Shown here: positions 20,592-33,750 of the stretch, piece after piece
How the letters are laid out: each line of letters begins with the position of its first letter
How positions within the stretch are numbered: position 1 is the stretch's first letter
Position numbers and translations under genes: made by a program
The notes under the pieces: generated by a model
Seen by the model: only the letters and a program-made list of their open reading frames with translations
Told to the model about the DNA's origin: nothing
Databases searched by the model: none
Source of the DNA: Lachnospiraceae bacterium
Lineage (GTDB): Bacteria; Bacillota; Clostridia; Lachnospirales; Lachnospiraceae
NCBI GenBank assembly: GCA_017473115.1
Contig: JAFUNC010000001.1
Span: forward strand, 183,104-247,103
DNA length: 64,000 nt
Reading direction: 5' to 3'

Positions 20592-21224
20592 TTATTTCTT
20601 AAGTGAAACAACTACCTTTCTGTAAGGTTCTTCTCCTTCACTGTGAGTTGTTACATATTTATCATTCTGAAGAGCGGAATGAATAATTCTTCTTTCATAA
20701 GGATTCATAGGCTCTAAAGATACGCTTCTCTTAGTTCTCTTAACCTTAAACGCGATGTTCTTAGCAAGATTTTCAAGAGTTAATTTTCTTCTTTCACGAT
20801 AGTTCTCGGTATCAACCTTAACTCTTATGTATTCTGAAGTTCCTTTGTTTACTACCAATGATACAAGATACTGTAAGGAATCAAGTGTCTGACCTCTCTT
20901 ACCAATTAAAACACCCATATCTTCACCATTTAAAACAACTTCTAAAGTCTTTTCTTCTTCTGAATAAGTTGCTTCCACAGTTGCGGGAATATCCATTGAA
21001 GCAAGCACATCTTTTAAGAAATCTTTTGCTTTATCTTCAACACTTACTTCTTTTACAAGTACACGGGCTTTAATCACTGCAGGCTTTGCATTAAATCCTA
21101 AAAAACCTGAAGAACCTTCTTCTACTACTTCATATTCAAGGCTGTCACTTGCTACGGTAAAATGCTGACATGCATTTGTAATTGCATCCTGGACAGTCTT
21201 TGCACTAAATTCCATGAATTCCAT
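20592..21224 (-). CDS. jag: Jag/EloR (KhpB) RNA-binding protein
   Basis: Jag_N domain; KH motif IGKRGQTLDSLQ; R3H motif ERRIIH. Confidence 0.95.
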   Translation of the reverse strand: MEFMEFSAKTVQDAITNACQHFTVASDSLEYEVVEEGSSGFLGFNAKPAVIKARVLVKEVSVEDKAKDFLKDVLASMDIPATVEATYSEEEKTLEVVLNGEDMGVLIGKRGQTLDSLQYLVSLVVNKGTSEYIRVKVDTENYRERRKLTLENLAKNIAFKVKRTKRSVSLEPMNPYERRIIHSALQNDKYVTTHSEGEEPYRKVVVSLKK

Positions 21225-21257
21225 AGATAACCTCCTAATTTAATACCAACTCTAACA

Positions 21258-22559
21258 TTACTTATTATTTTTTTCATTATACTGCTTTACCATATTAGCC
21301 TTAGCTGCAAGACTTCCGGGTTTTGCATTTTTATTGGTTTTATTGTAATATTCTGTTGCTTTTTTCATTTCTTCCTGCTTCTGTTCAGCAGTTTTTACAG
21401 GTGCTTTCGGCTGTACATTACGGGTAGAATTTTTTGCTCTTTCATTGATACCTTCTACCAACGCACCCTGTCTTTTCATTTTTTCACGATATTTTTCAGT
21501 ATTCTTTGCAATTACTGCATCCAAATCAACACTGTCAAAATATTTGTTAATAGCAATCATCTGAATCATTCTGATAACTGCACCGGCAACCCAGTAAAGA
21601 CCCATACCTGCAGGTAAAGTAAAACAGAAAAATGCTGACATAAGAGGCATTATCGTATTCATTGTCTTCATGGAAGCCATCATAGGATTTTCTTCCGGTG
21701 TTGCATTATTATTTGTCTGAGCAGGTGATAATTTCACATTTAACCACTGTGTGAAAGCAGATAAAAGAGGAATTGCAACTGCACCGATAATAATAAGCCA
21801 GTTTCTTTCATCGGCAACCCATTCCATTTTAATGGTATCCCAAGGTGAATATCCGATGTTTAAACCAAGAAAATTATTATAAGTACCTAATTGATCTAAA
21901 GTTGCAGTAATTTCTCCGCTTAATTCAGGATATTTTTCAGTAAGTGCAGTCCAATCTGCATTACTTGCTCTGTTTAAAACATCAATATAAGTATTCTGTA
22001 CATATTCAACAGTACCTGCCGCATATTCATCACTTTTAAACTGTTTACTGAAACCTGCAGCACTGGTTAATGTCTGAATAAATTCAGAACTTCCGCTTTT
22101 TGCAATTAAAGAATCTACCAAAGGGAAAAATGCTTCTTTTACTTTCGCAACATAAGCAGGAATAGAATAAATAACACGATACAATGCAAATAAAATAGGC
22201 ATCTGAATCAATAATTGTAAACAACTACCGGTAGGATTTACGCCATATTTTGCATAAATTTCTCTGGTTTCATTCTGCATCTTCATCATGGAATCATTAT
22301 CATTTTTTCCCTGATATTTTTTTTGAATTGCCTGAAGTTCAGGATTCATTTTGGCAGAAAACTTAGAAAACTTCTGCTGTTTGATGGTCAAAGGCATCAT
22401 CAACAGATAAACAACTAAGGTAAAAAGGATAATAGCCAAACCAATATTAGGAATACCAACTTTATCCAATACCCAAAAAATTCCTTCCATAATATAACCC
22501 AAAATAATTGCAACGGGTTTTAATATTCCGGAAGTTTGTGTCAAAATAAGTCCAGTCAA
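21258..22559 (-). CDS. yidC: Membrane protein insertase YidC/Oxa1
   Basis: GLAIILFT, PLTIKQQK, GSCLQLLIQMPILFALY, PAGMGLYW; TTG start with GGAGG RBS. Confidence 0.93.
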   Translation of the reverse strand: MTGLILTQTSGILKPVAIILGYIMEGIFWVLDKVGIPNIGLAIILFTLVVYLLMMPLTIKQQKFSKFSAKMNPELQAIQKKYQGKNDNDSMMKMQNETREIYAKYGVNPTGSCLQLLIQMPILFALYRVIYSIPAYVAKVKEAFFPLVDSLIAKSGSSEFIQTLTSAAGFSKQFKSDEYAAGTVEYVQNTYIDVLNRASNADWTALTEKYPELSGEITATLDQLGTYNNFLGLNIGYSPWDTIKMEWVADERNWLIIIGAVAIPLLSAFTQWLNVKLSPAQTNNNATPEENPMMASMKTMNTIMPLMSAFFCFTLPAGMGLYWVAGAVIRMIQMIAINKYFDSVDLDAVIAKNTEKYREKMKRQGALVEGINERAKNSTRNVQPKAPVKTAEQKQEEMKKATEYYNKTNKNAKPGSLAAKANMVKQYNEKNNK

Positions 22560-22579
22560 TTTCTTACCTCCGTTTTATT

Positions 22580-22789
22580 TTAAGGTACCGGGTCATACCC
22601 ACCCTTAGAAAAGGGATTACACCTTAAAATTCTCCACACAGTCAAAAGAGAGCCCTTAATTGCACCATATTTCTCAATTGCTTCCAATCCGTATTGGGAA
22701 CAAGTCGGTGTATAAGGACAACATGTTGATTTCAGTGGAGACAAATATTTTTTATAAAATTTAATCATAGCAATCAATATTTTTTTCAT
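22580..22789 (-). CDS. yidD: Membrane protein insertion efficiency factor
   Basis: [10 protein letters not shown]...[17 protein letters not shown]. Confidence 0.95.
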   Translation of the reverse strand: MKKILIAMIKFYKKYLSPLKSTCCPYTPTCSQYGLEAIEKYGAIKGSLLTVWRILRCNPFSKGGYDPVP

Positions 22790-22850
22790 ATTAATATACC
22801 ATACTGCTTCATAATACTTTTATAATAAGTAAATTCTGTGAAATTATACC

Positions 22851-23192
22851 TTAATTATCCAATTTTTTACTATGAAGCTTCCATAGATGTAATAATGCAC
22901 TTTCCGCCTCCTGATATGTGAAGTCGGCAGCATTGTTTCTCGCAATGACTACTATATCTAAACCACTATTAAATATATTTTCCTGTAGTCTGTAACTTTC
23001 TTTGATGAGTCTCTTCACGCGATGTCTTATCACGCTGTTCCCCACCTTTTTACTAACGGATATTCCCAATCTGTTTCCCTGAAGTTGATTTTTCGACACA
23101 TACATTACTAAATATTTGTTGGCATAGGATCTGCCACTCCTGAAAACTTTTTGAAAATCCCTATTGCTTCTTAATGAATCAGTAAATTCCAT
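22851..23192 (-). CDS. rnpA: Ribonuclease P protein component
   Basis: RLGISVSKKVGNSVIRHRVKR (RNR motif). Confidence 0.96.
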   Translation of the reverse strand: MEFTDSLRSNRDFQKVFRSGRSYANKYLVMYVSKNQLQGNRLGISVSKKVGNSVIRHRVKRLIKESYRLQENIFNSGLDIVVIARNNAADFTYQEAESALLHLWKLHSKKLDN

Positions 23193-23289
23193 ATTTATCT
23201 TTCCTTAAATAAAAAGATATAAAACCAGTTTCTTCCATATATAATATAAAATTATCCTATAAAGGAAAAAATAGGCCACAAATTGCGGC

Positions 23290-23424
23290 CTATGCTGATA
23301 ACTGCTTTCTTCCTTTTGCTCTTCTGGCAGCCAAAACTTTTCTTCCGCCGGGAGTGCTCATTCTTGCTCTAAAGCCGTGAACTTTTGATCTCTGTCTTTT
23401 CTTAGGCTGAAATGTCATTTTCAT
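23290..23424 (-). CDS. rpmH: 50S ribosomal protein L34 (not in the ORF track)
   Basis: Hand translation [44 protein letters not shown]; AGGAGGTG RBS. Confidence 0.97.
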   Translation of the reverse strand: MKMTFQPKKRQRSKVHGFRARMSTPGGRKVLAARRAKGRKQLSA

Positions 23425-23559
23425 AGTCTAACACCTCCTTTACTTATGTCGAAACATCATTTGCAATTATATAGGAAGAAACTGCCCTAGTCAAGGAAAA
23501 AATCATATTTTATGTAAAATAAAAAATACTATTTTTTTTATAAAATTTTTTTATTTTTA

Positions 23560-23800
23560 TAAAAATCTATATCTTGTCCTTTCATTTTTATCCACATACA
23601 AAATCTAGATTAGTGGTTACAAATAAAAAATTTACATAATTTAATCCACAAAATGCGAATTACTTGTGGATAACTTTTTATAAAATATGGATAATTTTAA
23701 CTTAAATAAAAAAAACAAGCCTATTTTAGTTAAATTTTTATGCTAATAACTCTTATAAAGTTATAAACATACATGTGAATAACTTAGTTATAATAAATAT
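23560..23800. other. oriC left part: DnaA-box cluster between rpmH and dnaA
   Basis: TTATCCACA 23588-23596, TGTGGATAA 23665-23673, TATGGATAA 23686-23694, TGTGAATAA 23774-23782; very AT-rich; gene orientation switches here. Confidence 0.85.
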
Positions 23801-23937
23801 TATGGTAATTATAATGTTTACATAATATTTAACTGAATAAACATTTGAAATTTTTATGGTTATGGGGTAAAATTATATTGGGTTTATTTCGATATAAGCA
23901 ATTTTATAATTTATTTACAATAGATAAGGAAACAGAT

Positions 23938-25302
23938 ATGAGTGACGTAGGTAATAATTGGGAACTGATCAAAGAAACATTAAAAAAAGAATACGACTTA
24001 TCCATCGTTGCATATAACACCTGGATTGCCCCCTTAAAATTTCACAGTGAAGAGGGCAATGTTATTAATGTGCTTATTCCCGGCGAACAGGCTCATATTT
24101 TAAACTATATTGTTAAAAAATATAAAGATTTCTTCCAGGTTACCATTTCTGAAATGATGGACCGGAGTTATGATGTAAATTTTATATTGGAATCCACTGC
24201 TCCTTCTGAAAAAAAGGAAGAAAAAGAAGAAAGAAAAATAGAAAACAGCAACGATTATATTTATAAACAGGCTAATTTAGTAGCAAAATATACTTTTGAC
24301 AATTTTGTCGTAGGTAATAATAATAACTTTGCCCACTCTGCTGCTCTTGCAGTTGCGGAATCTCCCGGAGAAGATTTTAACCCTCTTTTTATTTATGGCG
24401 GTTCCGGTTTAGGTAAAACTCACTTAATGCATTCCATTGGCCATTATATTATTGATAATAATCCTTCCATGAAGGTTTTATATGTAGATAGTGAAACGTT
24501 TACAAATGAGGTAATTGAAGGAATTCGTAGCGGTACTTCTTCCGCAATGAATAAATTAAGAGATAAGTATCGTACCGTTGATGTACTTTTAATCGACGAT
24601 ATTCAATTTATTATAGGTAAAGAAAGTACCCAGGAAGAGTTTTTCCATACTTTTAATACCTTATATAATGATGGAAAAGCAATTATAATTTCATCCGATA
24701 AGCATCCAAAACAAATGGAAACATTGGATGAAAGATTTATTTCCCGTTTCCAGATGGGACTTCTTGCCGATATTCAGCCTCCTAATTATGAAACAAGAGC
24801 TGCTATTCTTTACAAGTTGGCAGAAACAAGTCATAAAGAAGTAAGTAATGAAGTAATTGAATTTATTGCAGAAAACATAAAATCCAATATTCGTGAATTG
24901 GAAGGTGCTTTTAATAAGTTAGTTGCTTTTGCTAAAATTAATAATCAAAATATTACAAAAGAACTGGCAGAAGAAGCCTTAAAAGATATGATTTATCCGG
25001 ACAAACCCAAAATGATTACCCCTACCATTATTATTCAGGTAGTTGCGGAACATTATGGCGTTAAGGCTGAAGATATTACTTCCAAAAAAAGAAATGCCGA
25101 ATTTGTTCTTCCCAGACAGGTTGTTATGTATCTTTGCAGGGAATTAAGAGAATTCTCTTTAACCGACATTGCCAAAATTTTGGACAAAAAAGATCATACT
25201 ACCATTATGCATGGTGTAAATAAAATTGAAGAACAATTAAAAACCAATCCTGATTTGGTAAATCAAATTGATATTATAAAAAAGAAAATTAACCCCATTT
25301 AA
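23938..25302 (+). CDS. dnaA: Chromosomal replication initiator
   Basis: YTFDNFV, NPLFIYGGSGLGKTHL, LLIDDIQF, NIRELEGA, KDHTTIMHG; start taken at ATG 23938 after an AAGGA RBS. Confidence 0.98.
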   Translation: MSDVGNNWELIKETLKKEYDLSIVAYNTWIAPLKFHSEEGNVINVLIPGEQAHILNYIVKKYKDFFQVTISEMMDRSYDVNFILESTAPSEKKEEKEERKIENSNDYIYKQANLVAKYTFDNFVVGNNNNFAHSAALAVAESPGEDFNPLFIYGGSGLGKTHLMHSIGHYIIDNNPSMKVLYVDSETFTNEVIEGIRSGTSSAMNKLRDKYRTVDVLLIDDIQFIIGKESTQEEFFHTFNTLYNDGKAIIISSDKHPKQMETLDERFISRFQMGLLADIQPPNYETRAAILYKLAETSHKEVSNEVIEFIAENIKSNIRELEGAFNKLVAFAKINNQNITKELAEEALKDMIYPDKPKMITPTIIIQVVAEHYGVKAEDITSKKRNAEFVLPRQVVMYLCRELREFSLTDIAKILDKKDHTTIMHGVNKIEEQLKTNPDLVNQIDIIKKKINPI

Positions 25303-25545
25303 TGTGGATAAAAAAGTTTATAATCAAATATAAAGTGTTTATAATTATTTTTCACTTAAATTTCAATTTTTAAGGCTTAAAAGAAGATGTTGATAACTTT
25401 GGATAAAAAGTTAAGTTATCCGTGAGTTTTTCTTAAGTTATCCATTCCATTTTACCCTTAAATTTAGTATAATAATTAGGGTTATCCACATTTAAACACC
25501 TATTACTAATAATAATACTAATTAATTAATAAATAATATGTTGAA
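25303..25545. other. oriC right part: DnaA boxes, DnaA-trios and AT-rich unwinding element
   Basis: TGTGGATAA 25303-25311, several one-mismatch boxes, and TTATCCACA 25482-25490 followed by CACC-TAT-TAC-TAA-TAA-TAA-TAC-TAA trinucleotide repeats, as in the B. subtilis basal unwinding system. Confidence 0.88.
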
Positions 25546-25594
25546 AAGAGGTCGTGTTTTTCGACTTTAAGCAGGGAAGGAGTTTATACACATT

Positions 25595-26704
25595 ATGAAA
25601 CTTATTATTTCAAAATCAAATCTTTTAAAAGGTGTTCAGATTGTATCAAAGGCAGTTTCTTCCAAAACTACCATGTCTATTTTAGAATGTATTTTAATTG
25701 ATGCTGATAAAGGAAATATTCGTCTTGTAGCAAATGATATGGAACTTGCAATTGAAACAATTGTAGAAGGTAATATTATTGAAAGAGGTACTGTAGCACT
25801 TCCTTGTAAAATTTTCTCTGATATTGTAAGAAGTTTTCCGGACGGAGATATTACTCTTGAAACAGAAGATAATTATAATACATTTCTTACCTGTGAAAAA
25901 TCCAAATTTAACATCATCGGAAGAAATCCTGAAGAATTCAGTGATATTCCTCAGGTAGACAGACAGGAAGGTATTGTTCTTTCACAGTTTACTTTGAAAG
26001 AAATTATTCGTCAGACTATCTTCTCAATCAGTGATAACGATACTAACAAAGCAATGGGTGGTGAATTATTTGATATTAAGGGAGATTGTTTTAAGGTTGT
26101 ATCCCTTGATGGTCACAGAATTTCCATCCGTAAGGTATTTTTAAAGAATTCTTATGAAGACAATAAGGTAATCGTTCCCGGTAAGACTTTAAATGAATTA
26201 ATGAAAATTCTCAGCGGTGAAACAGATAAAGATTTAACTCTTTATTTAACAGATAAGCATATTGTATTTGAATTTGATGAAACTGTAATGGTTTCCAGAA
26301 TCATTGAAGGTGAATATTTTAAGATTGATCAGATGTTATCCACCGATTATGAAACCAAATTAAAAGTAAATCGTAAGGTATTCTTAGACTGTATTAACAG
26401 AGCAACTCTTCTTGTAAAAGAAGGAGATAAAAAACCGGTTATCATTACAATCAATGATGAAGCTATGGAATTAAAGATTAATTCAGTAGTTGGTAGCATG
26501 AAGGAAGAAATAATCATTACTAAAGAAGGTAAGGATTTAATGATTGGTTTCAATCCTAAGTTCTTAATTGATGCCCTTCGTGTGATTGATGATGAAGAAG
26601 TTACTCTTTATCTCGTAAATCCCAAGGCTCCCTGCTTTATCAGAGATGAAGAACAGAATTATGTTTATTTGATTCTCCCGGTTAACTTTACAACCGTTAA
26701 TTAA
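25595..26704 (+). CDS. dnaN: DNA polymerase III beta sliding clamp
   Basis: SLDGHRIS, IVPGKTL, IGFNPKFLIDAL, YLILPV; synteny. Confidence 0.97.
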   Translation: MKLIISKSNLLKGVQIVSKAVSSKTTMSILECILIDADKGNIRLVANDMELAIETIVEGNIIERGTVALPCKIFSDIVRSFPDGDITLETEDNYNTFLTCEKSKFNIIGRNPEEFSDIPQVDRQEGIVLSQFTLKEIIRQTIFSISDNDTNKAMGGELFDIKGDCFKVVSLDGHRISIRKVFLKNSYEDNKVIVPGKTLNELMKILSGETDKDLTLYLTDKHIVFEFDETVMVSRIIEGEYFKIDQMLSTDYETKLKVNRKVFLDCINRATLLVKEGDKKPVIITINDEAMELKINSVVGSMKEEIIITKEGKDLMIGFNPKFLIDALRVIDDEEVTLYLVNPKAPCFIRDEEQNYVYLILPVNFTTVN

Positions 26705-26749
26705 TTTTATTTTATAAAAATATATTTAAATTCTTTAAAAGGAAATAAT

Positions 26750-26959
26750 ATGGAAGAATTAAAATTAAGAGATGATTTTATCAAATTGGGCCAGGCTTTA
26801 AAGGCTGCTAATATGGTTTTTAACGGTGCAGATGCAAAGTTTGAAATTCAGGACGGCAGAGTAAAAGTAAACGGTGAAGTAGAATTACAACGCGGTAAAA
26901 AACTTTATGACGGGGATATTGTGGAATATGAAGGTCGTAAAGTAAAAATTGTGAAGTAA
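26750..26959 (+). CDS. yaaA: S4-domain RNA-binding protein YaaA
   Basis: FIKLGQALK...VKVNGEVELQRGKKL; between dnaN and recF. Confidence 0.88.
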   Translation: MEELKLRDDFIKLGQALKAANMVFNGADAKFEIQDGRVKVNGEVELQRGKKLYDGDIVEYEGRKVKIVK

Positions 26960-27017
26960 TTATATTATTTTATAAAATATAGTTTATTGATAAAAAGGTG
27001 GCAAGGTAATTTAAAGT

Positions 27018-28097
27018 ATGTATATAAAGTCACTTGAATTGGAAAATTTCAGAAATTATGACAAATTAGAATTATCTTTCGATAAGGGAACCAATATTTT
27101 ATATGGTGATAATGCTCAGGGAAAAACAAATATTTTAGAGTCGGTTTTTCTTGCATCAACAACCAAATCCCATAAAGGAAGCAAAGACAAAGAAGTCATT
27201 CAATTCGGAAAAGATGAAGGTCATATACGTATTTATCTTGAAAAAGATGAATTAGAGTACAGAATTGATATGCATCTTCGTAAATCCGGAAGCAAAGGCA
27301 TAGCCATTAACAAAGAAAAAATTAAGAAAGCATCTGAATTGGTTGGTCTTTTGAATGTGGTTTTGTTTTCACCGGAAGATTTAAATATTATCAAAGACGG
27401 TCCTTCTTACAGAAGAAGATTTGTAGATTTGGAACTTTGTCAATTAGATCAGTTTTATATTTATAATTTAACAAATTACAATAAAATTATTAATCAAAGA
27501 AATATTCTTTTGAAAGATTTATATTTTAACCCTTCTTTAAGAGAAACTTTAACTATATGGGATACCCAGTTAGAATCTTACGGAAGTAAAATTATCGAAA
27601 GAAGACAGCAGTTCTGTGAACAATTAAATGAAATTATCTATGATATTCATCAAAAATTGTCAGGCGGAAAAGAAGAAATCAAAATTATATACGAACCGAA
27701 TGTTTCATCTACCGAGATAGGAAGCATGTTAAAAAAATGCCAGGAAAAAGATATTAAGAGTAAAATGACTTCGGTAGGACCTCACAGAGATGATTTTGCT
27801 TTTATGGTAAATGGTATTGATATTCGTAAATTTGGTTCTCAAGGGCAGCAAAGAACCGCTGCTTTATCATTAAAACTTGCGGAAATTGAATTGGTAAAAA
27901 AGATTACCAAAGAATGTCCGGTTCTTCTTTTGGATGATGTTTTATCAGAATTGGACAGTAGTCGTCAAAATCAACTTTTAAACAGTATAGGTGATATTCA
28001 AACAATTATAACCTGTACCGGTTTAGATGAATTTGTGAATAACAGATTTGAAATTGATAAGGTTTATAAGGTTGTAAACGGCACAGTGGAAGAATAA
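27018..28097 (+). CDS. recF: DNA replication/repair protein RecF
   Basis: NFRNY, GDNAQGKTN, GPHRDD, GSQGQQRT, LLLDDVLSELD. Confidence 0.98.
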   Translation: MYIKSLELENFRNYDKLELSFDKGTNILYGDNAQGKTNILESVFLASTTKSHKGSKDKEVIQFGKDEGHIRIYLEKDELEYRIDMHLRKSGSKGIAINKEKIKKASELVGLLNVVLFSPEDLNIIKDGPSYRRRFVDLELCQLDQFYIYNLTNYNKIINQRNILLKDLYFNPSLRETLTIWDTQLESYGSKIIERRQQFCEQLNEIIYDIHQKLSGGKEEIKIIYEPNVSSTEIGSMLKKCQEKDIKSKMTSVGPHRDDFAFMVNGIDIRKFGSQGQQRTAALSLKLAEIELVKKITKECPVLLLDDVLSELDSSRQNQLLNSIGDIQTIITCTGLDEFVNNRFEIDKVYKVVNGTVEE

Positions 28098-28124
28098 TAA
28101 ATTAATTTTTATAAAAATGATTAA

Positions 28125-30077
<1,953 letters not shown>

Positions 30078-30165
30078 TATTTTTTACTATCCTAAAATAG
30101 GTAAATATGATTTGAATTTGAATGGATAAGTCTTATTTTAAGACATAAAGATTGGAGCCAATAAA

Positions 30166-32736
30166 ATGGATGATACAATTTTTGATAAAGTGCAAGAAGT
30201 CGATTTAAAGAAGACGATGGAAACCTGTTATATCGACTATGCCATGAGCGTTATTGCCGCCCGTGCATTACCTGATGTAAGAGACGGTTTAAAACCGGTA
30301 CAGAGACGTGTTCTCTATTCCATGGAAGAATTAGGTAACAGACCTGATAAGCCGCATAGAAAAAGTGCCCGTATTGTCGGTGATACCATGGGTAAATATC
30401 ACCCTCATGGTGACAGTTCCATCTATGGTGCTTTGGTTAATATGGCCCAGGAATGGTCTACAAGATATCCTCTCGTTGACGGTCATGGTAACTTCGGTTC
30501 CGTGGACGGTGACGGTGCTGCGGCTATGCGATATACCGAAGCAAGATTATCAAAGATTTCTGTAGAATTATTGGCAGATATCGGTAAAAATACGGTTGAT
30601 TTTGTACCTAACTTTGATGAAACAGAGCAGGAACCTGTTGTTTTACCTAGCCGTTATCCGAATCTTTTAGTAAATGGTACTACAGGTATTGCGGTAGGTA
30701 TGGCTACTAATATTCCTCCTCACAATCTTCGCGAAACCATTAATGCAGTAGTTAAAATCATTGATAATCGTGTGGAAGAAGACCGTGCAACCGAAATTGA
30801 AGAAATTCTTGATATTATCAAAGGACCGGATTTCCCTACAGGTGCTACAATTCTTGGTACCAGAGGTATTGAAGAAGCATATCGTACCGGCCGCGGTAAA
30901 ATCAGAGTTCGTGCAGTAACGGATATCGAGACTTTACAGAACGGTAAAAACAGAATCGTTGTTACCGAATTACCTTATATGGTAAATAAGGCCCGTCTTC
31001 TTGAAAAAATTGCCGAACTTGTAAAAGAAAAGAAAATTGACGGTATTACCGATTTACGTGATGAATCCAATCGTGAAGGTATGCGAATGGTTGTGGAACT
31101 CCGCAGAGATGTAAATCCGAATGTAGTTTTAAATCATTTGTATAAGCATACTCAGTTACAGGATACTTTTGGTGTTATTATGCTTGCGCTTGTGAACAAT
31201 GAACCTAAAGTTCTTAATATTCTTGAGATGTTGACACATTATTTGGATCATCAGAAGGAAGTTGTTACAAGAAGAACAAAGTATGATTTAAATAAAGCAG
31301 AAGAGAGAGATCATATTTTACAGGGATATTTGATTGCTTTGGATAATATTGATGAAGTCATTTCGATTATCCGTGGAAGTAAAGATACTCAGGCTGCTAA
31401 AATTGCTTTGATGGAGCGTTTCGGTTTTACGGAAGTACAGGCACAAAATATCGTAGATATGCGTCTGCGTGCGTTAACCGGTTTGGAACGCGAAAAAATT
31501 GAGAATGAGCATAAAGAATTACTTGAAAAAATTGCTTATTATAAATCTATTCTTGCCGATGAAAAGAAACTTCTTGGTGTAATCAAAGAAGAAATTACTT
31601 TAATCGGTCAGAAGTATGGTGATGACAGAAGAACTAAGATTGGTTTTGATGAATTCGATATTTCTATGGAAGATTTGGTTCCTAATGAGAATACCGTAAT
31701 TGCCATGACAAGTTTAGGCTATGTGAAGAGAATGACTGTAGACAACTTTAAGTCACAACATCGTGGCGGTCGCGGCATTAAGGGTATGCAGACCATTGAA
31801 GATGACTATATTGAGGATCTTCTTATGACGACAACCCACCATTATATTATGTTCTTTACAAATTATGGTAGAGTTTATCGTTTGAAGGCCTATGAAATTC
31901 CGGAAGCCGGCAGAACTGCAAGAGGTGTGGCGATTATCAATCTTCTTCAGTTGAATCCCGGTGAAAAGATTTCCGCGATTATTCCCATTAAGGAATATGA
32001 AGAAGACAGAAATCTCTTTATGGTAACCAGAAAGGGTATTGTAAAGAAGACACATATTACCGAATATGAAAATATCCGTAAAAACGGTCTCATTGCAATC
32101 ACTTTAAAGGATGACGATGAATTAATTGAAGTAAAATCAACAGATAAGGATACCGAAATCTTCCTTGTTACCAAGCAGGGTATGTGTATCCGCTTCAAGG
32201 AAACCGATGTACGTGCAACCGGACGTAGTTCTATGGGTGTTATCGGTATGAATCTTGCTGACCAGGATGAAATCGTTGGTATGCAGTTAGATCATCAGGG
32301 AGATTCCCTCCTGATTGCTTCTGAAAAGGGTTATGGTAAACGTACTTACCTTGACGAATTTACCGTTCAGAAACGTGGCGGTAAGGGTGTGAAGTGCTAC
32401 AAGATCATTGAAAAGACCGGTTATGTTGTAGGTGTAAAAGCAGTAAATGACGATCATGAAATTATGATGATTACCACTGCAGGCATCATTATCCAGATTC
32501 GTATGGAAGACGTATCTATCTTAGGTCGAATTACTTCCGGTGTGAAGTTAATTAATCTTGATGATAAGGTAACTGTTGCCCAGATTGCCAAAGTTCGTGA
32601 AAAAGTAACCGATGAAAACGGTGAAATTGCGGTTGAAGATATGACCAGCGAAGTAGCAGATGAAGAAGTGAAGGAACTTGATATGATTCCGATTCAGAAA
32701 GAAGAAGAGCCGGAAGAAGAAGGTTCTGAAGAATAA
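30166..32736 (+). CDS. gyrA: DNA gyrase subunit A
   Basis: [25 protein letters not shown] and the GyrA box QHRGGRG. Confidence 0.98.
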   Translation: MDDTIFDKVQEVDLKKTMETCYIDYAMSVIAARALPDVRDGLKPVQRRVLYSMEELGNRPDKPHRKSARIVGDTMGKYHPHGDSSIYGALVNMAQEWSTRYPLVDGHGNFGSVDGDGAAAMRYTEARLSKISVELLADIGKNTVDFVPNFDETEQEPVVLPSRYPNLLVNGTTGIAVGMATNIPPHNLRETINAVVKIIDNRVEEDRATEIEEILDIIKGPDFPTGATILGTRGIEEAYRTGRGKIRVRAVTDIETLQNGKNRIVVTELPYMVNKARLLEKIAELVKEKKIDGITDLRDESNREGMRMVVELRRDVNPNVVLNHLYKHTQLQDTFGVIMLALVNNEPKVLNILEMLTHYLDHQKEVVTRRTKYDLNKAEERDHILQGYLIALDNIDEVISIIRGSKDTQAAKIALMERFGFTEVQAQNIVDMRLRALTGLEREKIENEHKELLEKIAYYKSILADEKKLLGVIKEEITLIGQKYGDDRRTKIGFDEFDISMEDLVPNENTVIAMTSLGYVKRMTVDNFKSQHRGGRGIKGMQTIEDDYIEDLLMTTTHHYIMFFTNYGRVYRLKAYEIPEAGRTARGVAIINLLQLNPGEKISAIIPIKEYEEDRNLFMVTRKGIVKKTHITEYENIRKNGLIAITLKDDDELIEVKSTDKDTEIFLVTKQGMCIRFKETDVRATGRSSMGVIGMNLADQDEIVGMQLDHQGDSLLIASEKGYGKRTYLDEFTVQKRGGKGVKCYKIIEKTGYVVGVKAVNDDHEIMMITTAGIIIQIRMEDVSILGRITSGVKLINLDDKVTVAQIAKVREKVTDENGEIAVEDMTSEVADEEVKELDMIPIQKEEEPEEEGSEE

Positions 32737-32778
32737 AATTCGGTATACTTTTTGAAAACTAAATTTTTAGATGAAACG

Positions 32779-32808
32779 ACCCCGCCGTTAAGGCGGGGTT
32801 ATTTTTTT
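32779..32808 (+). terminator. Intrinsic terminator after gyrA
   Basis: ACCCCGCC-gttaa-GGCGGGGT followed by TATTTTTTT. Confidence 0.9.
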
Positions 32809-32932
32809 GCAACCTTTTAAAAGAATATCCAGTGTTATTAATATAAAGTTATAAAATAGATAAAAAAATATCCATAAAATATCTTATCCAACACGTATCT
32901 TTAATATAAGGTTGCAAAACCGGGAGAACAAA

Positions 32933-33643
32933 ATGAAAAATTAATCATTATTTTGATTACAGTGACGGCAATGATGTTAATTGCCTGTAATTCTGCACAA
33001 AACGGCAAATTAAAATCCTATAAGGAAGAACCGGAAAAAATATTCCTCTTCACTTCAGCAGAAGAAATCGAAAATATCAGCGAGGAAGACTTATTATATA
33101 TTTATAATCATGATTATGATACATATGATTTTTTTCCGGAAGGTGAATATACCGGAATAGATTATTTTGGCATGGAAATGCTGGCGCCTACCGAAGATCA
33201 TCCGGAAACAGCAAAAGAAGGCTTGTTTTTTATTATTTTAGATGATGATTCATTTGATGATGAGATTAAATTAAATACCACCATTGATTCCCAGAAAATT
33301 AAAACCTACGTAGGGGTAGATGTTGCGGATACCATTTATTCTTATAATACAAGTTATTCAGAATACGAACCCGGAAAAGCCATAGAGAATTATAAATGGA
33401 TTCTTTGTGGTGAAAATGACAGTTACGTAGAATACACTTCAAGATAATACTATTTTATATCGTGAAGTGGTTGAAAAAGAAGATTGTTATACTTATACCC
33501 GCTATTATATACACCCTATGATTGACGGAGAATCCCAATCCGGTGAGATTTATTTAGTAAAAGAAGTGATGCAAATTGACAAGGAAACCCAAAAAGTGCA
33601 ATATAAAAGTGCAGAGGTAGTAAAAAAAGTAGATATTTTCTAG
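32933..33643 (+). pseudogene. Frameshifted lipoprotein gene
   Basis: ATG AAA AAT TAA at 32933; one extra A would give MKKLIIILITVTAMMLIAC (signal peptide II). Second break near 33445, after which another frame stays open (DNTILYREVVEKE...KKVDIF) to TAG 33641-33643. Confidence 0.7.
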
Positions 33644-33750
33644 ATTTAGGTAAATTATTTTAGAAAGAACCGGATATTTGATAAATTCGGAAACAAAAAG
33701 AATTGTCGTATCCTACTATTCATATTTGTAAAATAAAGGAGAGATAAAAT

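Noticed and set aside
23845-23937. Longer DnaA N-terminus from the ORF track
   Set aside because: AT-rich promoter-region sequence; the RBS supports ATG 23938.
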